Virus record (IMG/VR): IMGVR_UViG_2630968701_000003
Strand: one strand, 5' to 3'
Source: an uncultured virus (IMG/VR IMGVR_UViG_2630968701_000003)
Taxonomy: Duplodnaviria; Heunggongvirae; Uroviricota; Caudoviricetes
DNA length: 64,000 nt
In this document: piece after piece, positions 9,179 through 17,676 of the stretch
How positions within the stretch are numbered: the first letter of the stretch is position 1
Layout of the letters: each line of letters opens with the position of its first letter
The notes under the pieces: model-generated
Seen by the model: only the letters and a program-made list of their open reading frames with translations
What the model was told of the DNA's origin: nothing
Databases searched by the model: none
Made by a program: the position numbers and the translations under genes

Positions 9179-9805
9179 ATGTTAGATTTATCGAATATTT
9201 TTAACAAAGATATAAAAAAAGCAATTTTATCAAAAGAACAACTAGCGGAGATGCTTAAAGTAACACCGGAGGCATTAGAAGCTTTTGAAAGATCGTATCA
9301 ACTTCATTCCATGAATGATTCCACAATTAGTGATAATCTTTTTAAAGTGAATGCAAAACAGGCAGCAGGTATGAATCCAAAATTAGATTTATCGGAAAAA
9401 GATATTGTCCAAGAATTGATTGACCAGATTGTAAAAGAACTTTTAGCACAAGTAGTTATGTATTCTTATGATGGAAATAAGGGAGTAATTGAAGATGCGA
9501 ATGATCCGGATATGGTGCATGATTATGTAATCTATTCAGCACATGAAGAAACATTGATGAAGCGATATCAGGAAAATAAGGAAACCGTTTATAAGAAAGT
9601 TGAAAATCTGCTGCCATTTCTTAATTTAAGAGGGTAATGGTCCATGGATATTATGCAGAATGGAGAAGATTTTTACATTATTGATATGGCATTAGCGAAA
9701 GATTCTGCATTGCAATCCTGCGTTCCTAAAGGAATGATTAAGGCAGTTAAAGAGGATTGGATTCCTAGAATTTCCGAAAATTATTGGCTATCAGAAAGAG
9801 ATTAG
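9179..9805 (+). pseudogene. internally deleted, nonsense-interrupted paralog of the ATP-grasp-like gene at 55165-56628
   Basis: N-terminus MLDLSNIFNKD.. and C-terminus DPDMVHDYVIY..LRG*WSMDIMQNGEDF..DWIPRIS match the 55 kb gene; middle absent; TAA at 9635-9637 where the paralog has CAG. Confidence 0.85.
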
Positions 9806-9814
9806 AGGGGTATT

Positions 9815-10813
9815 ATGAAAGATTTAATTTTAATTATTGTCAGCATATTATGGTGTATTCCTATTTTAATTTCATTTGTAATTTCCGGTTTACGAGAGAA
9901 ATTAGAATCGGATCGAAATTTTTATGGAAAGGAGATTTCTCCTAAAGATATTGAATTAGTAAAAGTCAGATATAAACCAATTGATATGAAAACTTCTGAT
10001 TTTAGTGAATATAACAAAGATGGAGAGCTTCAATATTTCTACAAAAAAGGAAAGAGTCAAGATGTTGTATATGCTATATCAAAACAGGAATACGATAGAT
10101 ATTTTTTAGAATCAACGGTTGAATCAATTACAGCATATTATCCAGAGTTTATTTTTTCTTATCAGTCAACTAATGGATCAATGAAAGCAACCATCGAATC
10201 TTATAAACCTACAATAGAAAGATATTATAATCCGAAAGATATAGAACAATACAAGAAACTAATTGCTAAGAGATGCGAGAAACAGGTGTTTGCTAAAGTG
10301 CCTGGAAGTCATTTTGAATACAAAGATTGTAAAGGTCAAATAGTTGTACATAACATTGATATTGATACAAAAACAATGCATGGAACGATCACAGGAGAGA
10401 GTAATAAAGAATCTGGAAAATGGGATTACCTTTTCTATGATGAAAGTTGGTATCCACAAACGCAAAGAAAAAAGAATAGGTTTTTATCATTTTGTTCCAG
10501 ACTCGATATGCGTAGATCAGACAATATTTTTACATTGTATTTTACAATAGGTCTTATTTTCACTATTCGATTGATTACAGAAATGATCGTTAATCAAAAT
10601 TCTATGTTAACGATGGACATGAAATTTATTTTACTTTATATGATAGCAGCTTGCCTTTGTTTGATTATTGTAATTTATTTATCAGTGACGATGAAATATA
10701 TTATTGGAAAAATATTTAGTGGGGATGTATTAATTTCAAGTGTTTCTATGCTATTTACAATATATTTTATTGCAAAAGCATTTATGAGATTTGCATCAAT
10801 GATTATGAGTTAA
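9815..10813 (+). CDS. membrane protein, 'DRNFY' paralog family member 1
   Basis: N-terminal TM, REKLESDRNFYGK, GESNKESGKWD, three C-terminal TMs. Confidence 0.8.
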   Translation: MKDLILIIVSILWCIPILISFVISGLREKLESDRNFYGKEISPKDIELVKVRYKPIDMKTSDFSEYNKDGELQYFYKKGKSQDVVYAISKQEYDRYFLESTVESITAYYPEFIFSYQSTNGSMKATIESYKPTIERYYNPKDIEQYKKLIAKRCEKQVFAKVPGSHFEYKDCKGQIVVHNIDIDTKTMHGTITGESNKESGKWDYLFYDESWYPQTQRKKNRFLSFCSRLDMRRSDNIFTLYFTIGLIFTIRLITEMIVNQNSMLTMDMKFILLYMIAACLCLIIVIYLSVTMKYIIGKIFSGDVLISSVSMLFTIYFIAKAFMRFASMIMS

Positions 10814-10872
10814 ATTGCAAGAAGAGTTGAAAGAATCATTGTTAATATAACGGTACAATAAATACATCTATT

Positions 10873-11039
10873 GTTTTAAAAGTCTGTAAAAAATATCGTT
10901 GTAAATGATTGTTAGATGACGATGATCGTTTGATTGAGTTTTAGAAGTCTGTAAAACAGAATCATTGTCGATGATTAGCCATTTGTTGCATATTACGAAC
11001 ATAGTTTTAGAAGTCTATAAAACAGAATCATTGTCGATG
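10873..11039 (+). CRISPR. mini-array 5: repeat gttttagaagtctgtaaaacagaatcattgtcgatg, 3 repeats, two 30-nt spacers
   Basis: R 10873-10907 (degenerate), 10938-10973, 11004-11039; further remnant agaatcattgttaat near 10832-10846. Confidence 0.92.
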
Positions 11040-11116
11040 GTCAAATAATAAACAGACTGTGTAAAAATAAGAATTTTATCGATACTGCTCGCAAAAGCGA
11101 GAGCTGCTAGGTGCAG
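11040..11116 (+). ncRNA. tracrRNA-like tail fused to last repeat of array 5
   Basis: gtcaaat..acagact (pairs with agtctgt)..gtgtaaaaataaga..atcg; hairpins ctcgc-aaaa-gcgag and ctgc..gcag. Confidence 0.88.
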
Positions 11117-11139
11117 CAGATTATGAAAGGAGAAATTCG

Positions 11140-11922
11140 ATGGTTAAGTATTATATTATAATTGGAATTATTTATACAATCCCCTATATAGTCACTATTG
11201 TAATAAGCGGTTTACGAAAGAAGCTAGAAACAGACAGAAATTTTTATGGAAAAACTATAGATATTCAAAAGATAGAACTTACGAATGTAAGTTATAAAAA
11301 GTTTGAAATTGCAAGAAATAATATTAAAAAGTATACAGAAATGGGAGAAATTAAATATGTATATGATCGTAGCTACGATTTTGAAGATGAACGTTTGTTA
11401 TTATCTGAAAAAGAATATCAAAAATGTTTCCCAGACAAATTTGTAAAGACTACGGTTGCGTATTATATAATTTTTGAGTTTTCGTATGAGACTGATCATG
11501 GAAAAATAAAAGCAAAAATTACTCTTACAAAACCGGTAATAGAAAAAACATATAACGATAAAGATGTTGAAGAAATAAAAAAGCTTATTTATGAAGAATG
11601 CAGCAATAAAATATTTGCTAATGTAGGTACAGAAAGCAAATATAAAGATTACAAAGGACAAGAAGTCATACATTCATTACCAATAAGAACATCAACACTA
11701 GAGGGAGAGATTATAGGTGAAAGTAACAAAAGACCAGGGCAGTATGATTGGATGTTTTCAGACAGCAGTTGGTATCCAGAAGAAGCCAAAAAGAGAAATA
11801 GGTTCTTATCTTTTTGTACTTATCTCAACCCAAATAAAAGAAATTCAATATTTTTACCCTATTTTACGATTGGAATATTGGGAATAATAATCAATTGGAT
11901 GTTCAATCTAATTATTAAGTAA
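11140..11922 (+). CDS. membrane protein, 'DRNFY' family member 2
   Basis: N-terminal TM, RKKLETDRNFYGK, GESNKRPGQYD, C-terminal TM. Confidence 0.8.
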   Translation: MVKYYIIIGIIYTIPYIVTIVISGLRKKLETDRNFYGKTIDIQKIELTNVSYKKFEIARNNIKKYTEMGEIKYVYDRSYDFEDERLLLSEKEYQKCFPDKFVKTTVAYYIIFEFSYETDHGKIKAKITLTKPVIEKTYNDKDVEEIKKLIYEECSNKIFANVGTESKYKDYKGQEVIHSLPIRTSTLEGEIIGESNKRPGQYDWMFSDSSWYPEEAKKRNRFLSFCTYLNPNKRNSIFLPYFTIGILGIIINWMFNLIIK

Positions 11923-11953
11923 TTTTAAAATATATGAAAGGAGATAAGAAGAT

Positions 11954-12568
11954 ATGCAATTTACAACACCAGATATGAGGGAAATAACCATTTCAGATAA
12001 ATCAGAAGCATGTGATTTTATAAAGGATTCATGTAAAGAATGTAATAGGAAATATGAATGTACTGGGGAAAACGCAGCATTTTGTAATCATATGAAAAAT
12101 ATCCTTGTAGCAAAGTACGGAGCAGCAGAAGGGTGTTTAAAAGAATCCAGAATTAGGCATAGTATGGGAGTTGCAAACTTCTTATTTGCCTATGCGAAAT
12201 CTCATGACTGGAGTAAGGAAGAGACAGAAGATCTTTATTTGACTGGCTTATTACATGATATAGGATATATTGACAATCCCAAAGGTACGGATCACGGAAG
12301 ATTAGGTGCAGAAATCTTGAAGAGAAATGGACTTAATGCAGAAATTTGCGAATTAATTAGTTGTCATGGAAGATTTATAGAGAACCCAAGTAGAAAGCAA
12401 GCACTTTTATGGCTTGCAGATCTATGCGTGAATCGTGATGGAGACTATATCGGATATCAAAAAAGATATGAGAGTATCAAGGAAAGATATAAGAATGATC
12501 CAGAACGTTTATTTCAAGTTTATCGGATTTTGGAATACTTGCAAATACATTTTTCGGAATACAGATAA
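11954..12568 (+). CDS. HD-domain (HDIG) phosphohydrolase
   Basis: HSMGVA..GLLHDIG..HG..H..LWLAD; Cys-rich N-terminus. Confidence 0.85.
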   Translation: MQFTTPDMREITISDKSEACDFIKDSCKECNRKYECTGENAAFCNHMKNILVAKYGAAEGCLKESRIRHSMGVANFLFAYAKSHDWSKEETEDLYLTGLLHDIGYIDNPKGTDHGRLGAEILKRNGLNAEICELISCHGRFIENPSRKQALLWLADLCVNRDGDYIGYQKRYESIKERYKNDPERLFQVYRILEYLQIHFSEYR

Positions 12569-12730
12569 ATGGTTTGTGTTTATTATGGATTCCAAAGGAT
12601 AAACTGCCGTACTACGTATAGATAAGAGGTTTTAGAGCTGTGTTTAATATGTGGATCCCAAAGGGATTCTCTACAAATACAATGTCGCCTCTACGTTTTA
12701 GAGCTGTGTTTAATATGTGGATCCCAAAGG
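12565..12730 (+). CRISPR. mini-array 6: repeat gttttagagctgtgtttaatatgtggatcccaaagg, 2 identical plus 1 degenerate repeat
   Basis: degenerate repeat ending 12598; spacer 12599-12628; R 12629-12664; spacer 12665-12694; R 12695-12730; 5' GTTTTAGAGCTGTGTT resembles streptococcal II-A repeats. Confidence 0.92.
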
Positions 12731-12807
12731 ACCAAAATATTTTGGCAGTGTGTAAAAATAAGAAAACATCGAAAAGAATCGCTATAGCGAAATCTGCTAT
12801 GTGGCAG
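12731..12807 (+). ncRNA. tracrRNA-like tail fused to last repeat of array 6
   Basis: accaaaat..gcagt (weak G-U pairing with gctgt)..gtgtaaaaataaga-aaaca-tcg; hairpins tcgc-tata-gcga and ctgcta-tg-tggcag. Confidence 0.82.
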
Positions 12808-13006
12808 AAAATTGATAAAGATATGGTTTTACATCAATTTGATATTTCTGAAATTTTTGTTTTTGGATAAATTGTAGTCCAAAACAAAATATCTTCTAAA
12901 TAAGACATAATGTTTAGAAAAGGAGATAAAATATCACGAAAAAGAGATATAAAGTAAAAATAAGGAAAAATAGAAAGTGGAATACATTTTATAGGTTACA
13001 AATTAA

Positions 13007-13061
13007 GTAAAAATAAGATTTTGCCGAATATATTCATATAGATGAATCTGTTATGAAACAG
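13007..13061 (+). ncRNA. orphan degenerate tracrRNA-like tail (no intact repeat upstream)
   Basis: gtaaaaataaga-ttttg-ccgaa; hairpins ttcat-atag-atgaa and ctgtt..aacag. Confidence 0.55.
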
Positions 13062-13090
13062 AAAAAACAAAGGAATAGGAGGACAATAAG

Positions 13091-15421
13091 ATGAGCAGAA
13101 GATTAAAAAAAATTGGCACCGCAATTTTTGATATTGTAGGTTTCATAAATTTTAGATTACAAGAAACAAAAGGAAATTGTTGGATTGATCAGTTATATGA
13201 CAAAGATTATTGGGGAAAAAATAATCAGTCAAAAGAAATAAACAACGAAATCAAAGAATATTTGAATAAAGGATATTCTATGGGATGTGCGGGTCGATAC
13301 ACACATGAACCGTTAGTAGACGTAAATGGAGAAATTGTTAAAATTCAGAATTATTTAGACCAGATGAAATTGCCATGGAATCTTTTATATCAAGACGATA
13401 TTTTAGCAGTCCTTCATTATGGCTCATTCTGTTTTGTCACTCCAAAAGACTATATTACTTCAACATTATTTAAAAACTTAGATGATCAGTCCTTAATATC
13501 TTTAAAAGCAGGCAAGGGAGGAACAGCTCAAACAACGCTGCCAGCAATCTTTCAAAATGAAAATTTATGTAGAAACGATCTTACATCAAATATTGATACA
13601 AAAAAACAAGAGATTCAAAATAAACAGGATGAACTTAAAAATCTGCAGAAAGAAAAAGCAGCAGAGATTGAACGAATGAAACAGGAAATTGAAGCAAAAT
13701 ATGCAGATACCATCTCATTAATAAATAAGAAGAAAGAAGAATTAGAATCAAAAAAAGCAGAACTGGAAGGACAGTTATTTATATATGATACAGAGTTATA
13801 TGCCATTCGTTGCTATTGGGGAGAAACTGTAACTTTTGTTCCGCTAAGAAAAGGAAAACATGCAAATATTGAAGATCCAGTTGTCCTATATCAAAAAATC
13901 CGATTTTTAAATGAAGAATTGGGAAGATATGCAGCAATTTATGATTTTGACGGATCAAAATATAGTAAACATACATTTGAGGAATTATTAAAAATTCGAG
14001 ATGATTTTATGAATATGTTTGCACCTGGTCCGAAATCCATCTCCTTAGTAAAAATCAGCAAGGATGGAACAATTCGCTGCCAGTCCGAAATCCGAAATAA
14101 CATGTTATCAGAATATGAATTACTTCACGGAAACACAATAGCAATTTTGATCAGGGATGGAGAGAATCTTTATATTGGATGGACAGACGATGATAAAGTT
14201 CAGGTTAAAGATGAAAATATGTTTTTGAAGCCAGAGACAAAAGAGATTGCAAGTGAAGATGAAGAAAACATTCGCAATTCTCAAAAAGAAGAGATCGCCG
14301 GAAGATACTTTATTTTTGCGATATTACAGGGAATAGTTGATCAAGGGAAAATCTTAAAGCTTCCAAAGATAGGTTCTATTATGAAGTCAAATCCTTATGT
14401 AATCTATAGTATGGCAGATGGATGGTTAGAAGATGATCGGTTCGGAACACTAGAAGATATCCTAAAAAGAACAAATCATGAAGTTATGAAAAAGGGAGAT
14501 ACCATTTTAACTTTAATGAGGATTACAAGAGATGATAACGGCTATGGATATGGACGGAGAGGTGGTGTCTGGAACAATAATCGTGGACGTGGAGAAGCTA
14601 ATCGTACTCATGATGTATCATTGAAAGATTTCAAATTTTATAAGATAAATAAAGTGGATAAAACCGAATATTATGATGTATTTATGAGAAAATATCCTCT
14701 TGATATCGAGTTTGAAACCATTGAAACGCCAATTAGACCGAATATTACAAACATAGGGCATGTTATCAAAAAGTCTACCTGTTTATGGGATGAAATGGAA
14801 TTAGAAAAAAAAGAAATTCGAGTATTAAATAATCGACTTACTGGATTCACATTAGATGATGAGCATGATCCAACAATAAAACAGGTAATGGAGAGAGAAA
14901 ATGCTGCATCAGATACAGAAGCATTAAAAAAATTTCTACCCAAAAACTATAGATTTGAGACAAAAGATGAGACATATTATGATTCCCGAAGTGATTCTAT
15001 GAAAGGATATCATCAATCTTTGGATCATGTCGCAAATAGTGCTACAGAATATCAGTATTTTATTTCTGAACGTAAAAAATATACGGTAAATTCTACTGCC
15101 AATATGGAAATTAGGGAGGGAGAATACCTTGATATGACATATTTAAACAGTGTCTTAATCCGATACGTGATTCGAACCAAAAAGGTTGGAAATGTATATA
15201 TTGGAGGTACGAAGATTCAGTTTGCAGATATTATTCCTTATTTGAATAAAGCACTTGAATTTTTAGAAGAAAGAGAAAAGACAGAAGCAGCATTATTAAG
15301 ACTGCATATGGACTTATATGAAAACTGGCAGGTAGATGTATCAAGATGGAGATTAGAACATCATTATCATGAGTTGACTGAAACAAGAGCGAAGAAATTT
15401 GCCAAAGAATTTGCAAGATAA
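13091..15421 (+). CDS. large hypothetical protein with coiled-coil segment
   Basis: AGGAGG RBS; heptad-rich aa ~160-230; no recognisable catalytic motif. Confidence 0.8.
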   Translation: MSRRLKKIGTAIFDIVGFINFRLQETKGNCWIDQLYDKDYWGKNNQSKEINNEIKEYLNKGYSMGCAGRYTHEPLVDVNGEIVKIQNYLDQMKLPWNLLYQDDILAVLHYGSFCFVTPKDYITSTLFKNLDDQSLISLKAGKGGTAQTTLPAIFQNENLCRNDLTSNIDTKKQEIQNKQDELKNLQKEKAAEIERMKQEIEAKYADTISLINKKKEELESKKAELEGQLFIYDTELYAIRCYWGETVTFVPLRKGKHANIEDPVVLYQKIRFLNEELGRYAAIYDFDGSKYSKHTFEELLKIRDDFMNMFAPGPKSISLVKISKDGTIRCQSEIRNNMLSEYELLHGNTIAILIRDGENLYIGWTDDDKVQVKDENMFLKPETKEIASEDEENIRNSQKEEIAGRYFIFAILQGIVDQGKILKLPKIGSIMKSNPYVIYSMADGWLEDDRFGTLEDILKRTNHEVMKKGDTILTLMRITRDDNGYGYGRRGGVWNNNRGRGEANRTHDVSLKDFKFYKINKVDKTEYYDVFMRKYPLDIEFETIETPIRPNITNIGHVIKKSTCLWDEMELEKKEIRVLNNRLTGFTLDDEHDPTIKQVMERENAASDTEALKKFLPKNYRFETKDETYYDSRSDSMKGYHQSLDHVANSATEYQYFISERKKYTVNSTANMEIREGEYLDMTYLNSVLIRYVIRTKKVGNVYIGGTKIQFADIIPYLNKALEFLEEREKTEAALLRLHMDLYENWQVDVSRWRLEHHYHELTETRAKKFAKEFAR

Positions 15422-15501
15422 GTTAATTCGGATATCTTTTATAAACGTTAATGTTTATGACAAAAAATGTATCAAAATATTACAATAACTTCAATAATTT
15501 T

Positions 15502-15573
15502 ATCAAAATAGGAAAAGTAGAAGTAAAAATATATTGAAACCGCTCGTCGTTACGAGATTTGCAAGATCGCAAA
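15502..15573 (+). ncRNA. second orphan, highly degenerate tracrRNA-like tail
   Basis: atcaaaata..gtaaaaata..; hairpins ctcgt-cgtt-acgag (same stem as array 2) and tttgc..gcaaa. Confidence 0.4.
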
Positions 15574-15615
15574 AAGCAAACAATATAAAATATCATAAGA
15601 AAAGAGGAATGTTTG

Positions 15616-16785
15616 ATGCATATTGTAGAATCAGGTAAAAGATATAGAATTTTTAATAATGCGATTACCACGTACGATCAACTACCACCAAAAACTTATC
15701 GGGTGGATTATGATCCAGAAACAAGAATTTTTTCTTTACTAGAAGCACACGATTTTGAGATTCCAGAAACAAAAATTTATGGTCAGCATTTAGATAAAGT
15801 CAAGAAAGTGTTGAATTCCATGGATAAGATGAATCGAAATCTTGGAGTAATTCTAAGTGGAGATAAAGGAATTGGAAAGTCACTTTTTTCTAAGTGTTTA
15901 GGATTGAAAGCAAGAAAAAAAGGGATACCTGTTATATTGGTTAATGAATATCATGAGGGGATTGCAAACTTTCTTGAAGAAATTGAGCAAACAGTTATGA
16001 TACTGTTTGATGAATACGATAAAACTTTTGATGAAAAGAAACATAATTGTCAAGCGGAGATGTTATCTTTATTTGATGGAGTAAGTGCAGGAAAGAAACT
16101 GTTTGTGATTACATGTAATGAGATTCAAAGTTTAAGTCAATATTTGATAAATCGTCCTGGAAGATTTCATTATCATTTTAGATTTTTATATCCAACAGCA
16201 GATGAAATTCGTGATTATATGGAAGATAAGTTAGACAAGCAATATTATGATGAAATTGAAAATGTGATTGCTTTTAGTGTACGAATGAATCTTAACTATG
16301 ACTGTTTACGGTCCATTGCTTTCGAACTAAACAATGGATTAAAATTTCAGGAAGCTATTAATGATCTTAATATTATCAGAATAAGTCAGTATAAGAACAT
16401 AAAAATTATTGTAGAATTTGAAAATCAGGCAACATTAAGTGGAAAAATAAAAGAATGGCAGCTGTATGACAATACAATTACTGATATGAGTATATATCTT
16501 CCAGATAATATTCGTCCATTATCTTATGTTGGAGAATATATTGGCGAATTTCCAATGAATTTTTCAAATAACTATATTGATAAGGATAAAAGAATGTTAA
16601 TGTTTCATGTTACAAATCCAGAACCAGAGTATGATATTGCTTATACGCATGAAAGTCAAGATGAAGAGAAAACAGATGAAGGCAAGAAAATTACGGATAT
16701 TTTAGACAAATTATATATTGGACAGAAAATCAAACGTATTTATGCGGTACCGAGTGATCAAAAGGATAAATTTAGGTTTTTCTAA
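15616..16785 (+). CDS. AAA+ family ATPase
   Basis: Walker A GDKGIGKS, Walker B ILFDEYDK, NRPGRF arginine-finger region. Confidence 0.88.
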   Translation: MHIVESGKRYRIFNNAITTYDQLPPKTYRVDYDPETRIFSLLEAHDFEIPETKIYGQHLDKVKKVLNSMDKMNRNLGVILSGDKGIGKSLFSKCLGLKARKKGIPVILVNEYHEGIANFLEEIEQTVMILFDEYDKTFDEKKHNCQAEMLSLFDGVSAGKKLFVITCNEIQSLSQYLINRPGRFHYHFRFLYPTADEIRDYMEDKLDKQYYDEIENVIAFSVRMNLNYDCLRSIAFELNNGLKFQEAINDLNIIRISQYKNIKIIVEFENQATLSGKIKEWQLYDNTITDMSIYLPDNIRPLSYVGEYIGEFPMNFSNNYIDKDKRMLMFHVTNPEPEYDIAYTHESQDEEKTDEGKKITDILDKLYIGQKIKRIYAVPSDQKDKFRFF

Positions 16786-16822
16786 GAATATTATTGATTG
16801 TAAGTATAATTACTGAAAAATG

Positions 16823-16990
16823 GTCTATACGATTAAAGAAACGGAATTATTGTCAATGAATGAATTCGTAAGTTTGTCTAATGTTGTAGTTTTAGAAGAC
16901 TGTAAAACAGAATCATTGTCAATGAAAGGCGGCAAACCACAGCTCTCTACTGCCGTTTTAGAAGACTGTAAAACAGAATCATCGTCAATG
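16823..16990 (+). CRISPR. mini-array 7: repeat gttttagaagactgtaaaacagaatcattgtcaatg, 2 near-identical plus 1 degenerate repeat
   Basis: degenerate 16823-16858; spacer 16859-16888; R 16889-16924; spacer 16925-16954; R 16955-16990. Confidence 0.92.
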
Positions 16991-17063
16991 GTCAAATAAG
17001 CAGTCTGTGTAAAAATAAGAAAGCATCGAAATAATTCGCAAAGGCGAAATCTGCTGGTAGCAG
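16991..17063 (+). ncRNA. tracrRNA-like tail fused to last repeat of array 7
   Basis: gtcaaat..gcagtct (pairs with agactgt)..gtgtaaaaataaga-aagca-tcg; hairpins ttcgc-aaag-gcgaa and ctgct-ggt-agcag. Confidence 0.88.
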
Positions 17064-17102
17064 AAAATTAATTAATCCTAATTAAAAATATAAGGAACGG
17101 AG

Positions 17103-17633
17103 GTGCTTATTATGGAAACAAAAAAAGAAATAGAGAAGATGATCGATGAATTATGTCAGTTAGATCAGGCAATTCAGGACGGAAGAAAAATTGAAAAGAC
17201 AAGTCTTTGCAAAGAAGCAGCAGAAGTATTAAAAGCTATCTTTCATATTCAAGATCAAGAACATAAAACGATTATAAGAGATGAATCAAAGATTAAGACC
17301 AATGAAGTAGAAAAGAAAAGAAGCGGAAAATGGATCAAAACAATGAAACCATTAAAGAAGTTCTATGAAAAATATGGTGAAAGAGTGTATGTTACTGGAT
17401 TTGGAGTCGGATATAGCACTGATATGCCATGTATATTAAAAATTGAGCAGGAATCTATTGATAAAGGTCTCGGAGATTATTTTGTTTACAAATATTTAGA
17501 ACTGAACGATGGAAGTTGTATTGCACAGATAGATATTTCTTGCATTATCTTAAAAACATGGCCTAAAAAAATCAGTTGTGTAGATGTAACAAAAGAAGTT
17601 GATCAGATGTTAGAGAAGAATAGATGTTCTTGA
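17103..17633 (+). CDS. hypothetical protein, paralog of 60747-61277
   Basis: shared KPL..F....ERVYVTGF and IAQ.D.S..ILKTW motifs. Confidence 0.7.
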   Translation: MLIMETKKEIEKMIDELCQLDQAIQDGRKIEKTSLCKEAAEVLKAIFHIQDQEHKTIIRDESKIKTNEVEKKRSGKWIKTMKPLKKFYEKYGERVYVTGFGVGYSTDMPCILKIEQESIDKGLGDYFVYKYLELNDGSCIAQIDISCIILKTWPKKISCVDVTKEVDQMLEKNRCS

Positions 17634-17676
17634 AATAAGCTGACAAAAGAAAACAAGGAAAAGGACGTGATGTGAC

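Noticed and set aside
7306..10925. Shared GATGACGATGA in spacers of arrays 3 and 5
   Set aside because: Only 11 nt of low-complexity sequence with different flanks and positions; likely chance
11954..12568. HD protein between arrays as a possible Cas3'' or Cas10 HD nuclease
   Set aside because: Generic HDIG pattern, no helicase or Cascade genes, and the repeats are type II-like
12640..12870. 76-aa ORF with repeated FNMWIPK
   Set aside because: It is the translation of array 6 repeats and tail; no RBS; not a real gene
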